From Gemmatimonadota bacterium (lineage in GTDB: Bacteria > Gemmatimonadota > Gemmatimonadetes > Palauibacterales > Palauibacteraceae), in the NCBI GenBank assembly GCA_963666735.1, contig OY762926.1:3776001-3840000 (forward strand): a stretch of 64,000 bases of DNA, in the 5' to 3' direction. This document shows, piece after piece, positions 35,224 to 45,396 of the stretch; the stretch's first letter is position 1; every line of letters begins with the position of its first letter. The notes under the pieces were generated by a model. It worked only from the letters and a program-made list of their open reading frames with translations, was not told the DNA's origin and searched no databases. Made by a program: the position numbers and the translations under genes.

Positions 35224-36186
35224 GTGACAGAGGAGACGTTTCAGCACGCGCCGGTCATGCCGGATGAGATGCTGCAGTGGCTTCGCCCGGAGTGCGGAGG
35301 CGTTTTCCTGGATGCGACGGTCGGCGGTGCGGGGCATGCGATCCAGTTGCTGGAGGCTGGATCGGCCGTGCGCGTGATCGGGATCGATCAGGATGCGGAG
35401 GCGATCGAGGCCGCGAAGAGGCGGCTCGCCTCGGCGGGCGAACGGGTGAAGCTGATACAGGCGAACTTCAGGGACGTGGCCCGTCCGGAGTTCGCCGCCG
35501 AGATGGACGGTCTGGCGGGAGCCCTGATGGACCTGGGCGTCTCGTCGCACCAGATCGATACCAGGAAGCGCGGTTTTTCGTTCCGTCCGGGCACGCCGTT
35601 GGGCATGCGGATGGACGAGAGGGCGCGCGAGACAGGGTCCGCGGCCGAGCTGTTGAATCGGGCGGACGAACGCAAGTTGGGCCGGGTCTTCCGTGATGGG
35701 GAAGAGCGTAGGTGGCGGACGCTCTCACGTGAGGTGGTGCGGAGGAGGGAGATCCGGCCCTTCAGCACGAGCGACGACCTCGTGGCCGTGTTGTCGGCGG
35801 TGCTGGGTCGTTCGGCGCAGGAAAAAGAGAAAGCCAGGCTGTTCCAGGCTTTGCGGATCGCGGTCAACGACGAGTTGGCCGCGCTGAGCGAGGGGCTCGA
35901 AGGGATACGGGGCCGGCTCGCTCCCGGCGGGCGGTTGGCGGTGCTTTCGTACCACTCGCTGGAGGACCGGCTGGTGAAGCACGCGTTTCGAGACTGGTCC
36001 GCCGACTGCCGCTGCCCTCCGGGTCTCCCGGAGTGCCGGTGTCGGGGAAGGTCGCTGGGGCGGACGCTGACGCGCAGGCCCCTGCGCCCCTCGGACGAGG
36101 AGGTCGCCCGGAATCCGCGGGCGCGCAGCGCGCGGCTCCGGGTCTGGGAGAAGCGCGAGACCGACGGGCAGGCGGGCGGCGCATGA
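35224..36186 (+). CDS. rsmH: 16S rRNA (C1402-N4)-methyltransferase
   Basis: H.PVM, DAT.GG.GH, DLGVSS.Q.D, SYHSLEDR.VK, NPRARSA.LR. Confidence 0.96.
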   Translation: MTEETFQHAPVMPDEMLQWLRPECGGVFLDATVGGAGHAIQLLEAGSAVRVIGIDQDAEAIEAAKRRLASAGERVKLIQANFRDVARPEFAAEMDGLAGALMDLGVSSHQIDTRKRGFSFRPGTPLGMRMDERARETGSAAELLNRADERKLGRVFRDGEERRWRTLSREVVRRREIRPFSTSDDLVAVLSAVLGRSAQEKEKARLFQALRIAVNDELAALSEGLEGIRGRLAPGGRLAVLSYHSLEDRLVKHAFRDWSADCRCPPGLPECRCRGRSLGRTLTRRPLRPSDEEVARNPRARSARLRVWEKRETDGQAGGA

Positions 36187-36506
36187 ACCACGGGAGCGGG
36201 AGCGTACGGAGGATTCGTCGCAGAACCCTGCTGCGGTGGATGATGGCCGGAGTGGCCGTCATCGCGCTGGCCGCTTCGTTGGTGAGCGTGGTCCGCCGGG
36301 GCGAGGAAGGGCGGAGGTTGATGGCAGAGCTTCGAGGACTCGAAGCGCAGGATCGGGTCGTCACGGACCGGATCGACGCGGCGCGGACGCGGGTCGATTC
36401 ACTCGCGGCGCCGGCGCGGATCGAACGCGTGGCGGAGGTGCTCGGGCTGCGGCGGGCGGGGGAAGAGCAACTGCTGCAGGTCGACGCCGGATACCTGGTC
36501 GGATGA
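36183..36506 (+). CDS. ftsL: Cell division protein FtsL-like
   Basis: Position between rsmH and PBP; single TM, coiled coil, RIE.VA..LGL. Confidence 0.75.
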   Translation: MNHGSGSVRRIRRRTLLRWMMAGVAVIALAASLVSVVRRGEEGRRLMAELRGLEAQDRVVTDRIDAARTRVDSLAAPARIERVAEVLGLRRAGEEQLLQVDAGYLVG

Positions 36507-36560
36507 AGATGAAGAGGGGGATGAAACGGGGATGGACGTCTCCGGGCGGGGAGGGGACAG

Positions 36561-38585
36561 GTGACGCGTTTCGGCATTCACGGCACGACGCAGATCGAGG
36601 GCGTGGCGGGCGATGCGGAGGAAGCGGCGATCGCACGCACGCATCGCATCCGGCATCGGACGTTGGGTATCGCGTTCACTCTCGTGGCGCTGGCGTATGC
36701 CGGGCGTCTGGGAGACCTCCAGATCCTCGAGAGCGAGGCGCATCGCGCGAGGCAGGTCGCGCAGAGCGCGGAGTGGGAGCTGCTGCCCGCGGTGCGCGGG
36801 CGGATTCTGGATCGTCGCGGCCGCGTCCTGGCGGCGCCGGACACGCGATACCAGGTGTTTCTCGCCGTAGACGAACTGCGCGTCGACCGGGCCGAGGCCA
36901 TCGAAACCGTCGCCTCGGTCGTGCCGGTGGCGCCGGAGCGCCGGAGCGCCATCGCGGAAGCCTCGGGAGGCTGGTCTCTCGTCGCGAGCGACGTGAGCGA
37001 CGAGGAGCGCGTGCGGCTGCAGCGGACGATCGGCCAGGGGGTCTACTTCGAGAGCCGGTCCGCGAGAGAATACCCCCGCAGCATGGGCCGCCGTCTCATC
37101 GGCGCCGTCGGGGCCGACGGCCAGGGCGGAACGGGCCTCGAGGCCGATCTCGACGCTTGGCTGGTCGGGCAGCCCGGCCGCGCGGAGGTTCGGCTCGATG
37201 GCCATCGCAACGCGTACCGTCCGCCCGGAGGACAGGTCATCGAGGCGGTGCCCGGCCACGACGTCGTGCTCACGCTCGACGCCGAACTGCAGCGGATTGC
37301 GGAGAACGAACTCTCGCGAGCGCTCGCGAAGACGGGGGCGATGGGGGGCGACATCGTCCTCCTCGACCCGCGTACCGGCGAAATCCTCGCGCTGGCGAGC
37401 GAGCGCACGGACGGTGCGGTCGACCGGATCTCGGGCCTCACCGATCCGTACGAGCCGGGCTCCACGCTGAAGCCGTTCCTTCTCGCATCCCTCCTCAGCG
37501 AGGGTGTCGTCGACCTGGACGAAATCGTGGACGTGGAGGGCGGCAGGCTGCGAATGGGCGCCAGAGTGATCACCGACGTTCACGGCTACGACACGCTCAG
37601 CGTACGGAGCGTCATCTCCAGGTCGAGCAACGTGGGGGCCGCGAAGCTGTCCACGCGCCTGACGCCCGCCGTCCAGCACCGCTATCTGCGTGACTTCGGT
37701 TTCGGCATTCGGACGCAACTGGGGTACCTCGCCGAATCGCCGGGGCGCCTCAGCCGGCCGGAGTCGTGGACCTTGCTCAGCCCGGCTTCGCACGCGATCG
37801 GGTACGAGATCTCCGCTACATCCCTGCAGCTGGCCCTCGCCTACGGCGCCCTCGCGAACGGCGGCGTGCTGATGCGGCCGCGTCTGGTCCGAGAGATACG
37901 GGATCCGTCCGGGCGCGTGGTGCAGCGCTTCGACCCCAGTCCGGTGCGGCGCGTCATATCCGAGGACGTGGCGGAGGCGGTGCGCGGCGTGCTGGAGGAG
38001 GTCGTCCGGGAGGGAACCGGAACGCTGGCGGGCATGGCGCGGTTCGCAGTCGCCGGAAAGACCGGGACGGCCCGCCTCGCCGTGGGCGGCCGCTACGCAC
38101 CCGGACGCTACCGTGCCTCCTTCGTCGGCTTCGCACCGGCGGATGACCCCCGAATCGTCATCCTCACCCGACTCGAAGACCCGAAGGGAGGGGTCTACTA
38201 CGGGGGCGCGATTGCGGCGCCGACCAGCCAGGCGACCCTCAAGGCGGCGCTCGCGGCCGACGGCGTCCAGGTGGATCCGCGTCTCGTCGTTTCCGACGCG
38301 CGTCCCCGGCCGTGGTCCGGCGGAGCTGCGGCCGGCACGCCGGAAGGCACCGTCATCTTCGCTTCCAGCGGAATAGGTGCCGCCAGTGCGGCCAACCCGA
38401 CCGACGCGAGCGGTAGAGGCCTCGTCGCGCTGCCGGACCTGGCGGGACTGCCCGCGCGCGCGGCCGCCGCGCGCCTGCACGCGCTCGGCCTCCGCGTGGA
38501 ATGGCGCGGACAGGGGAGAGTTGCGGGACAAAGCCCTGCGCCCGGGAGCGAGTTGGGCCGGGGTGCAACGGTCGTTCTGAGATAG
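36561..38585 (+). CDS. ftsI: Class B penicillin-binding protein with C-terminal PASTA domain
   Basis: RG.I.DR.G, YEPGSTLK (SxxK), SSN, KTGT, LPDL.G..Q.P.PG. Confidence 0.92.
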   Translation: MTRFGIHGTTQIEGVAGDAEEAAIARTHRIRHRTLGIAFTLVALAYAGRLGDLQILESEAHRARQVAQSAEWELLPAVRGRILDRRGRVLAAPDTRYQVFLAVDELRVDRAEAIETVASVVPVAPERRSAIAEASGGWSLVASDVSDEERVRLQRTIGQGVYFESRSAREYPRSMGRRLIGAVGADGQGGTGLEADLDAWLVGQPGRAEVRLDGHRNAYRPPGGQVIEAVPGHDVVLTLDAELQRIAENELSRALAKTGAMGGDIVLLDPRTGEILALASERTDGAVDRISGLTDPYEPGSTLKPFLLASLLSEGVVDLDEIVDVEGGRLRMGARVITDVHGYDTLSVRSVISRSSNVGAAKLSTRLTPAVQHRYLRDFGFGIRTQLGYLAESPGRLSRPESWTLLSPASHAIGYEISATSLQLALAYGALANGGVLMRPRLVREIRDPSGRVVQRFDPSPVRRVISEDVAEAVRGVLEEVVREGTGTLAGMARFAVAGKTGTARLAVGGRYAPGRYRASFVGFAPADDPRIVILTRLEDPKGGVYYGGAIAAPTSQATLKAALAADGVQVDPRLVVSDARPRPWSGGAAAGTPEGTVIFASSGIGAASAANPTDASGRGLVALPDLAGLPARAAAARLHALGLRVEWRGQGRVAGQSPAPGSELGRGATVVLR

Positions 38586-38776
38586 CCGAGCGAACCCGGC
38601 GCGATGGATTCTGCGATGGATTTCGAGATGGACGAGCGAACGGAGGCGGGTCTCGGGAATACAAGACTGGAGGGAGGATAACCGCGGGCGCGGCCGTGAG
38701 GTCGCGGGGTGGCGGTGACCGGGGTTCCGGGCAACCGGGACATAGTCGCGCCCGCGCCGTCAACGACCGGTCGATC

Positions 38777-40318
38777 ATGGATCCGAGCCCGATGTGTCGG
38801 AATTTGCCGCAGCAGACAACGACGAACGGACAGGTGGAGCGCAGGCTTGACGAAGCGGGCCTCGATCCACGGTGGAGTGGGGCTCCTCCCGAGGAGTTCC
38901 CCGCGTTGCGTTCGGACTCCCGCCTGATCGGCGCCGGCGACCTCTTCTGCGCGATTCCGGGGACGCGGGTCGACGGCCACGCGTTCGTCAAAGCCGCCGG
39001 GCGTGCCGGGGCCGCCGCCGCCGTCGTCGAGCGCGTCACCGATGTTGACCTCCCGCAATTGGCCGTCCGCGACGCTCGGGTGGCCGTATCTCATCTCGCC
39101 GCACTCTTTGCGGGCGACCCGGGCGAAGCGCTCCGCCTCGTCGGCATCACGGGCACCAACGGGAAGTCGACGACCTGCTGGCTCACGCGCTGGATCCTGG
39201 AGGATGTGGGGCCCGCCGCGGCATTGGGCACGCTGGGCACCGTATCCGTCGACGGTACGGTCGGAGCGCCCGGGCTGACGACGCCCGATCCGATCGACCT
39301 GGCCCTCGAACTCGCCGCCGTGCGGGCGAGCGGTGCCGAGGCGGCGGTCCTCGAGGTTTCGTCGCACGCGCTCGACCAGCGCCGGGCGGACGGTTTCTCG
39401 TTCGACGCCGTGGGGTTCACGAGCTTCAGTCGCGAGCACCTGGAATACCATCCGGATCTCGAGGCGTATCGGCAGGCCAAGCTGCGCCTGCTCGAATTGC
39501 TGGCGCCGGGCGGCGTCTGCGCGGTGAACGACGATGAGCCGGCCTGGAAGGAGATCGCGCCGCAGAACGCCACAACGATCCGCTACGGCTTCGAGTCGAC
39601 GGCCGACCTGTGGCCGGATCGACTCGACCTCTACGCGGGAGGGGCGCGCTTCATGCTGCGAGCGCCGGGCGAGGCGGCCGCCGTGGCGCTTCCGCTTCCC
39701 GCCGAATTCAACGTGCGGAACGCACTCGCGGCCGCCGCCATCGCCCGGGGCTTCGGCATGTCGCTCGAACGGATCGCCGCGCGACTGTCCGCGGCGCCTG
39801 CGGTGCCCGGACGCATGGAGGTGCTCTCGCGAGAGCCGGTCCTGGTCGTCCGCGATTTCGCGCACAACCCGGATTCGTGCGAGCGGGCGCTCTCCTCGTT
39901 GCGGGAGATCGTGCCGGGCCGGGTCATCGCCCTCCTCGGCTGCGGCGGCGACCGGGACCCCGGCAAGCGGCCGCGGATGGGGAGCATCCTGGTCCGCCTG
40001 GCGGATGTGGCGATCGTCACGAGCGACAATCCCCGGTCGGAAGATCCATCGGAGATTTGCCGTCAGATGGTCGTCGGGCTCCCGCCGGACAGCTACGAGA
40101 TCGTCGTCGACCGACGAGAGGCGATCGCGCGGGGACTCGCCGAGGCCGGCCCGGCCGACGCGGTCGCGCTCCTCGGCAAGGGGCACGAGACCTACCAGAT
40201 CATCGGCGGAGAGCGCCTGCCTTTCGACGAGCGGCGGATCGTGGAGGATCTCCTCCCGGTATCTCCCGGCGAGCCCGGCCTCCCCGGCGCGTCCGAACTC
40301 CCCGGAGGGACCGCGTGA
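38777..40318 (+). CDS. murE: UDP-MurNAc-L-Ala-D-Glu--meso-DAP ligase
   Basis: DSR, GITGTNGKST, TTPDP, EVSSH, DFAHNPD, DNPR (DAP-type), GKGHE; start uncertain. Confidence 0.95.
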   Translation: MDPSPMCRNLPQQTTTNGQVERRLDEAGLDPRWSGAPPEEFPALRSDSRLIGAGDLFCAIPGTRVDGHAFVKAAGRAGAAAAVVERVTDVDLPQLAVRDARVAVSHLAALFAGDPGEALRLVGITGTNGKSTTCWLTRWILEDVGPAAALGTLGTVSVDGTVGAPGLTTPDPIDLALELAAVRASGAEAAVLEVSSHALDQRRADGFSFDAVGFTSFSREHLEYHPDLEAYRQAKLRLLELLAPGGVCAVNDDEPAWKEIAPQNATTIRYGFESTADLWPDRLDLYAGGARFMLRAPGEAAAVALPLPAEFNVRNALAAAAIARGFGMSLERIAARLSAAPAVPGRMEVLSREPVLVVRDFAHNPDSCERALSSLREIVPGRVIALLGCGGDRDPGKRPRMGSILVRLADVAIVTSDNPRSEDPSEICRQMVVGLPPDSYEIVVDRREAIARGLAEAGPADAVALLGKGHETYQIIGGERLPFDERRIVEDLLPVSPGEPGLPGASELPGGTA

Positions 40319-41709
40319 TGGCGGCCACGCAGGCTCCGGCGCTGCGCTCGGGCTGGATTCGGGCCGCGCTCCGCCTGGACGGCGACAGCCCGGGAAGCAC
40401 CGGGATGGGACAGCGGACGTACGCCGGCGTGTCGTGCGACTCGAGGACGCTGAGGCCCGGCGAGTTGTTCGTGGCGCTCGCGGGGGCACGGCACGATGCC
40501 GCCGATTTCCTCCCCCAGGCGGCGGCCCGGGGGGCGCCGGGGGCGATTGTTCGCGCCGGGCGCGAAGATCCCGCGCTGGGGCTGGAGTACTTCGCCGTCG
40601 CCGACCCTCTGAGGGCCCTTGGCGACCTCGCGGCCCGGGCCCGGCGCGAGTCCGGCGCCGCGGTCGTGGCGATCACGGGCAGCTCGGGCAAGACGACCGT
40701 CAAGGAGATGATCGCCCGCGCCCTCTCCGAATCCCGTCGCGTGTACCGCACCGAAGGGAACTACAACAGCCAGGTCGGGCTCCCGCTCACGATCCTGCGC
40801 GCGCCTCCCGACGCGGACGCCTGGGTCCTCGAGGTGGGAGCGAGCGAGCCCGGGGAGATCGCCCGGTTGGCGGAGATCGCCCGGCCCGATCACGTCGTCA
40901 TCACGACGGTCGGCGCCGCGCACCTCGAGTGTTTCGGGGATGTGGAGGGGGTGCTGCGGGAAAAGATGGCGCTGGCGCACGGCGCCTCGGACGGCGGCGT
41001 GCTCGTGGTGGGAGAGCAGCCGGCCAGCCTCGCGGAGGCCGCCCGGGCCCACCGGTCAGACGCGATCGTGGCGGGCTTCGGACCCCGGGCCGGCTTCGCG
41101 CCCGAGGCGTACACGGTCGAAGCGGACCGGATCGAGTTCCGCCGCGGCGGCACCAGCTTCGCGCTGGATGTGGGCGGCGAGCATCACCTGCGAGACGCGC
41201 TGATCGCGGCGGCGCTGGCGGAATCGCTGGGCGTGCCGTCCGGCGCGGCGGCCCGCGGACTGTCGGACTACGAACCGCTCGGCCTGCGCGGCGCGCTGCG
41301 GCGCATCGGGCGCCTGACGGTGCTGGCCGACTGCTACAACGCCAACCCGGATTCGTTTCGCGCGGCGATCGCCCAGACCCGCGACCTGCTGCCGGGACGC
41401 CGGCGCGCCGTGTTCGCGGGCTCGATGCTCGAACTCGGCCCCCAGGAGGCGAAGGCGCACCGGGAGATCGGCGACGAGATGCGTGTGGCGGGGTTCGACA
41501 TCATCGCCGCCACGGGCCTTTTCTGCGACGCGCCCTTCGATGGCGTGCACGGTCATGCCCTGATCCGGGCGGAGGACCCCGCAGCGGCCGTGCGACCGTT
41601 CGCGGACGCTCTGGAGGGCGATGAAGTCGTGCTCGTGAAGGGTTCGCGCGGCGTCCGGCTCGAGCGCGTCATCGACGAACTGGAAGCCCGTTTCGGAGAG
41701 GGCGCCTGA
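40315..41709 (+). CDS. murF: UDP-MurNAc-tripeptide--D-Ala-D-Ala ligase
   Basis: ITGSSGKTTVK, NYN..VG.P, D.YNANP.S, MLELG, VKGSRG. Confidence 0.95.
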   Translation: MMAATQAPALRSGWIRAALRLDGDSPGSTGMGQRTYAGVSCDSRTLRPGELFVALAGARHDAADFLPQAAARGAPGAIVRAGREDPALGLEYFAVADPLRALGDLAARARRESGAAVVAITGSSGKTTVKEMIARALSESRRVYRTEGNYNSQVGLPLTILRAPPDADAWVLEVGASEPGEIARLAEIARPDHVVITTVGAAHLECFGDVEGVLREKMALAHGASDGGVLVVGEQPASLAEAARAHRSDAIVAGFGPRAGFAPEAYTVEADRIEFRRGGTSFALDVGGEHHLRDALIAAALAESLGVPSGAAARGLSDYEPLGLRGALRRIGRLTVLADCYNANPDSFRAAIAQTRDLLPGRRRAVFAGSMLELGPQEAKAHREIGDEMRVAGFDIIAATGLFCDAPFDGVHGHALIRAEDPAAAVRPFADALEGDEVVLVKGSRGVRLERVIDELEARFGEGA

Positions 41710-42815
41710 TGCTCTACCACTTCCTGTTCCCGCTCGCGGACCAGCACATCCTGTTCAACGTGTTCCAGTACATCTCGTTCCGCGCGGCCGGCGCCATGGT
41801 GACGGCCCTCCTCACCGCATTCATCATCGGCCCGGGGGTGATCCGAAGACTCAGGAAGCACGGCATCGGCCAGATCGTGCGGGCCGAGGGGCCGGCCACG
41901 CACCTCGTGAAGGCGGGGACCCCGACCATGGGCGGCATCATCATCCTCACCGCCTGTCTCCTGCCCACCCTTCTCTGGGCACGCCTGGACAACACGTACG
42001 TGTGGGTCGCCCTCGTCGTCACCGCCTGGATGGGCGCGATCGGCTTCATGGATGACTATCTGAAGATCGTGCGGCGGCACTCGCGCGGCCTGATCGCGCG
42101 GTACAAGCTCATCTGGCAGTTCGTGCTGGGTCTGGCGCTCGGCGGGTTCCTCCTCTGGCAGCCCCTGTCCTCGTACGGGGCGACTCAGACGATGCTCCCG
42201 TTCTTCAAGGATCTGACCGTCGTCCTCGCCCCGGCGATCTTCCCGCTGTTCGTCGCCATCGTCGTGGCGGGAAGCGCGAACACCGTGAACCTGACGGATG
42301 GCCTCGACGGGCTGGCCACGGGACTCGCCGCGATCGCCGCCCTCACCTTCGGCGCCTTCGCGTACGCGATCGGCCGCGTGGACACCTCGGCCTACCTCGG
42401 CGTCCTGTACCTGGACGGGGCCGGGGAACTGTCGGTGTTCTGCGCCGCGCTGGCCGGGGCGGCGATCGGCTTCCTCTGGTTCAACGCCCATCCGGCAGAG
42501 GTCATCATGGGCGACACGGGGTCCCTGGCGCTCGGAGGCGCGATCGGCTCCGTCGCCGTGCTCCTGAAGTCGGAATTCCTCCTCGTCATCGTCGGGGGCG
42601 TGTTCGTCCTCGAGGGGTTGTCCGTGATCCTTCAGACCGGCTGGTTCAAATTCAGCCGCCGCCGGTGGGGCGAGGGCCGCCGCCTCCTGCGCATGGCCCC
42701 GCTCCACCACCACTTCGAGAAGCTCGGCTGGCCCGAGACGCGCGTCGTCACGCGTTTCTACATCGTCGGCGTCATCTGCGCGCTCGTCGGCCTGGCGACG
42801 CTCAAGATCCGCTGA
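41709..42815 (+). CDS. mraY: Phospho-N-acetylmuramoyl-pentapeptide transferase
   Basis: K.GTPTMGG, DD, N.VNLTDGLDGLA, MGDTGS, MAPLHHHFE. Confidence 0.98.
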   Translation: MLYHFLFPLADQHILFNVFQYISFRAAGAMVTALLTAFIIGPGVIRRLRKHGIGQIVRAEGPATHLVKAGTPTMGGIIILTACLLPTLLWARLDNTYVWVALVVTAWMGAIGFMDDYLKIVRRHSRGLIARYKLIWQFVLGLALGGFLLWQPLSSYGATQTMLPFFKDLTVVLAPAIFPLFVAIVVAGSANTVNLTDGLDGLATGLAAIAALTFGAFAYAIGRVDTSAYLGVLYLDGAGELSVFCAALAGAAIGFLWFNAHPAEVIMGDTGSLALGGAIGSVAVLLKSEFLLVIVGGVFVLEGLSVILQTGWFKFSRRRWGEGRRLLRMAPLHHHFEKLGWPETRVVTRFYIVGVICALVGLATLKIR

Positions 42816-44242
42816 TGGCCGACGACCGTCGTCCTCCGCTCTTCGGGACCGGCGAGCCCGTCGCCGTCCTCGGACTCGGAGTGTCCGGGACGGCCGCGGC
42901 GCGGCTCCTGCACGCGCTCGGCGCGGACGTGTATGCGAGCGATGCGTTCGAGGGTCCCCGGCAGCGCGAAGCCGTGGAAGCCCTCGCCGCCGAGGGCATC
43001 GATGCGGAGGTGGGACGGCACGACGTGGAGCGAGTCCTGAACGCGGACCTCGTCGTGACGAGTCCGGGAATCTCGCCGACGGCCGAAATCCGGCGGATGG
43101 TGGCGGACGCGGGAGTGCCCACGGTGGCCGAAATCGAGGTCGCCTATCGCCACCTGCGCTCGCGGGTTATCGGCATCACGGGCACGAACGGCAAGACGAC
43201 GACGACCGCGCTCTGCGGGCATCTTCTGCAGCAGGCCGGCGTCGACGCGCTCACCGCGGGAAACATCGGCCGCCCGCTCTCCGAAATCCCGCTGATGAAG
43301 CGGCAGCCGGACTGGCTCGTGGTCGAGTTGAGTTCTTTCCAGCTTGCCGACCTCCGGGCGTTCCGGCCCGAGGTCGGCCTGCTCGTGAACCTCGCCGCGG
43401 ACCACCTCGACTGGTATTCGAGTCTCGAGCGCTACTACGAGGACAAGGCGCGTCTGTTCGCGAACGCCGATGAGGACAGCCGCTGGGTTCTGAACGGGGA
43501 TGACGACGATGTGCTCGCCATGGCGGAGCCGGCGGCCGGACGCCGCTACATCGCTTCGATCGAGCCGCACGGGGAGCCGGGGGCGTGGCTCGACGAGGCC
43601 GGGCAGCTCGTCCAGCGTATCGAGGCCGGGGGGGCGCCGCAGCCGTGGATCGCGGCCCCTGAGCTGCAGCTCGTCGGGGTCCACAATGTCATGAACGCGC
43701 TGCTGGCGGGTCTTGGAGCCGCGCTCGCCGGCTGCGAGGCCGCGGCGATCGGAGACGGCCTCGCCTCCTTCCAGGGACTCCCGCACCGCCTCCAGAGGGT
43801 GGGCGAGTTCGAGGGCGTCCTGTGGATCAACGATTCCAAGGGAACGAACGTCTCCGCGACCCGCGTCGCGCTCAACGCGTTCGACCGGCCGCTCGTGGCG
43901 CTCCTCGGAGGCCGGCACAAGGGCGAGTCCTACGGGTCGCTCGCGCCCGCGCTGGGCAAGAACGCGCGGGCCCTGATCGCGTTCGGCGAAGCCGCGCCGC
44001 AGATCGTCCGGGAACTGGGGGACGTGGCGCCGGTCGAGGTCGCCCGCGGATTTCCGCAGCTCGTGCGTCTCGCTCGCGAGGCCGCCCATCCCGGCGATGT
44101 CGTCCTCTTCTCTCCGGCCTGCTCCAGCTACGACATGTTCCCGGATTACCGGAAGCGGGGCCGGACCTTCGAACAGTGCGTCCGCGAATCGTACGACGTC
44201 CGCGAATCGCACGACGGCCCGGCCCCGGAGCGGGCGACATGA
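42815..44242 (+). CDS. murD: UDP-MurNAc-L-Ala--D-Glu ligase
   Basis: GLG.SG, SPGI, ITGTNGKTTT, ELSSFQL, DHLD, NDSKGTN, SPACSS.D. Confidence 0.96.
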   Translation: MADDRRPPLFGTGEPVAVLGLGVSGTAAARLLHALGADVYASDAFEGPRQREAVEALAAEGIDAEVGRHDVERVLNADLVVTSPGISPTAEIRRMVADAGVPTVAEIEVAYRHLRSRVIGITGTNGKTTTTALCGHLLQQAGVDALTAGNIGRPLSEIPLMKRQPDWLVVELSSFQLADLRAFRPEVGLLVNLAADHLDWYSSLERYYEDKARLFANADEDSRWVLNGDDDDVLAMAEPAAGRRYIASIEPHGEPGAWLDEAGQLVQRIEAGGAPQPWIAAPELQLVGVHNVMNALLAGLGAALAGCEAAAIGDGLASFQGLPHRLQRVGEFEGVLWINDSKGTNVSATRVALNAFDRPLVALLGGRHKGESYGSLAPALGKNARALIAFGEAAPQIVRELGDVAPVEVARGFPQLVRLAREAAHPGDVVLFSPACSSYDMFPDYRKRGRTFEQCVRESYDVRESHDGPAPERAT

Positions 44243-45393
44243 CGGACCACGCCATCTCCCGGGAACTCCCCCGCGTTCAGGAATTCGGCGGTTCGCCGGC
44301 GTGGGTGCGGAATACGCTCATCGGGATCACGCTCGTCCTCGTCGTGTTCGGGCTCCTTTCCGTCTATTCCGCGAGTTCCTTCGCGGCGCAGCAGAGCGGA
44401 CTGCCGGGCAACCACGTTCTCATGAGCCAACTGGCCCGTGCCGCCGTCGGTCTCGTGGCGCTGATCGTGGCCGCCTTCATCGACTATCGCACGTACCGGC
44501 GGTTCGCGTGGCCGATCCTCGGGGTGGTCGCGGTCCTTCTCGTCGTCATGATCCTTCCCTTCACGACGGAGATCGCCCCCGCGCGGAACGGGTCGCGCCG
44601 CTGGCTGATGCTCGGCCCCGCGACCTTCCAGCCCTCCGAACTGGCCAAGGTGGCGGTCGTCTTCTGGACCGCCGCGCTCGCCGTTCGCAAGCAGCGGGTC
44701 TTCGGCAGCTTCCTGAAGGGCGTGCTCCCGTTCCTCCTCGTCCTGGGGCCCCTGCTCGTCCTCATCGCCGCGGAGCCACACCTCTCGGCGACACTGATCA
44801 CGGCCGCGCTGGCGGCGACCGTTCTCTTCGCCGCAGGGATGCGCATGCGACACTTCCTCCTGCTCGCGCTGCCCATCGGCGCCGGGTTGGTGTGGCTCGT
44901 GCGCTCGAACAGCTACCAGCTCACGCGAATCCTCGCGTTTCTCGATCCGGAGGCGGACACCTCCGGCGCGGGCTACCAGTTGCAGCAGGCGCAGATCGCG
45001 ATCGGTTCCGGCGGGATCCTGGGCGCGGGCTACGGCGAGAGCACGCAGAAGCTCCACTACCTGCCGGAAGCGCAGAACGACTTCATCTATCCGATTATCG
45101 CGGAGGAATGGGGGTTCGTGGGCGCGGTCACGATGCTCGTCCTGTTCCTCGTGTGGACGCACCTCGGACTCCGGATCGCGAAATCCGCCCCGGACCTGTT
45201 CGGCCGGCTGATTGCGACCGGGCTCACGGCGATCGTCGCCATCGGAGCGTTCGGGCACATCGGGATCACGATGGGGCTGCTGCCCACGACCGGAGTGAGC
45301 CTCCCCTTCGTCAGCTCCGGCGGCACGGGGCTCGTCATCGCGCTCGGCGTCACGGGCGTCCTGGTCAACGTGGCTTCGCGGCGGAGGTGCTGA
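44239..45393 (+). CDS. ftsW: SEDS peptidoglycan polymerase FtsW
   Basis: NGSRRW, FQPSE.AK, YQ..Q, LPEA.NDF, P.TG..LPF.S.GG. Confidence 0.94.
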   Translation: MTDHAISRELPRVQEFGGSPAWVRNTLIGITLVLVVFGLLSVYSASSFAAQQSGLPGNHVLMSQLARAAVGLVALIVAAFIDYRTYRRFAWPILGVVAVLLVVMILPFTTEIAPARNGSRRWLMLGPATFQPSELAKVAVVFWTAALAVRKQRVFGSFLKGVLPFLLVLGPLLVLIAAEPHLSATLITAALAATVLFAAGMRMRHFLLLALPIGAGLVWLVRSNSYQLTRILAFLDPEADTSGAGYQLQQAQIAIGSGGILGAGYGESTQKLHYLPEAQNDFIYPIIAEEWGFVGAVTMLVLFLVWTHLGLRIAKSAPDLFGRLIATGLTAIVAIGAFGHIGITMGLLPTTGVSLPFVSSGGTGLVIALGVTGVLVNVASRRRC

Positions 45394-45396
45394 CGC

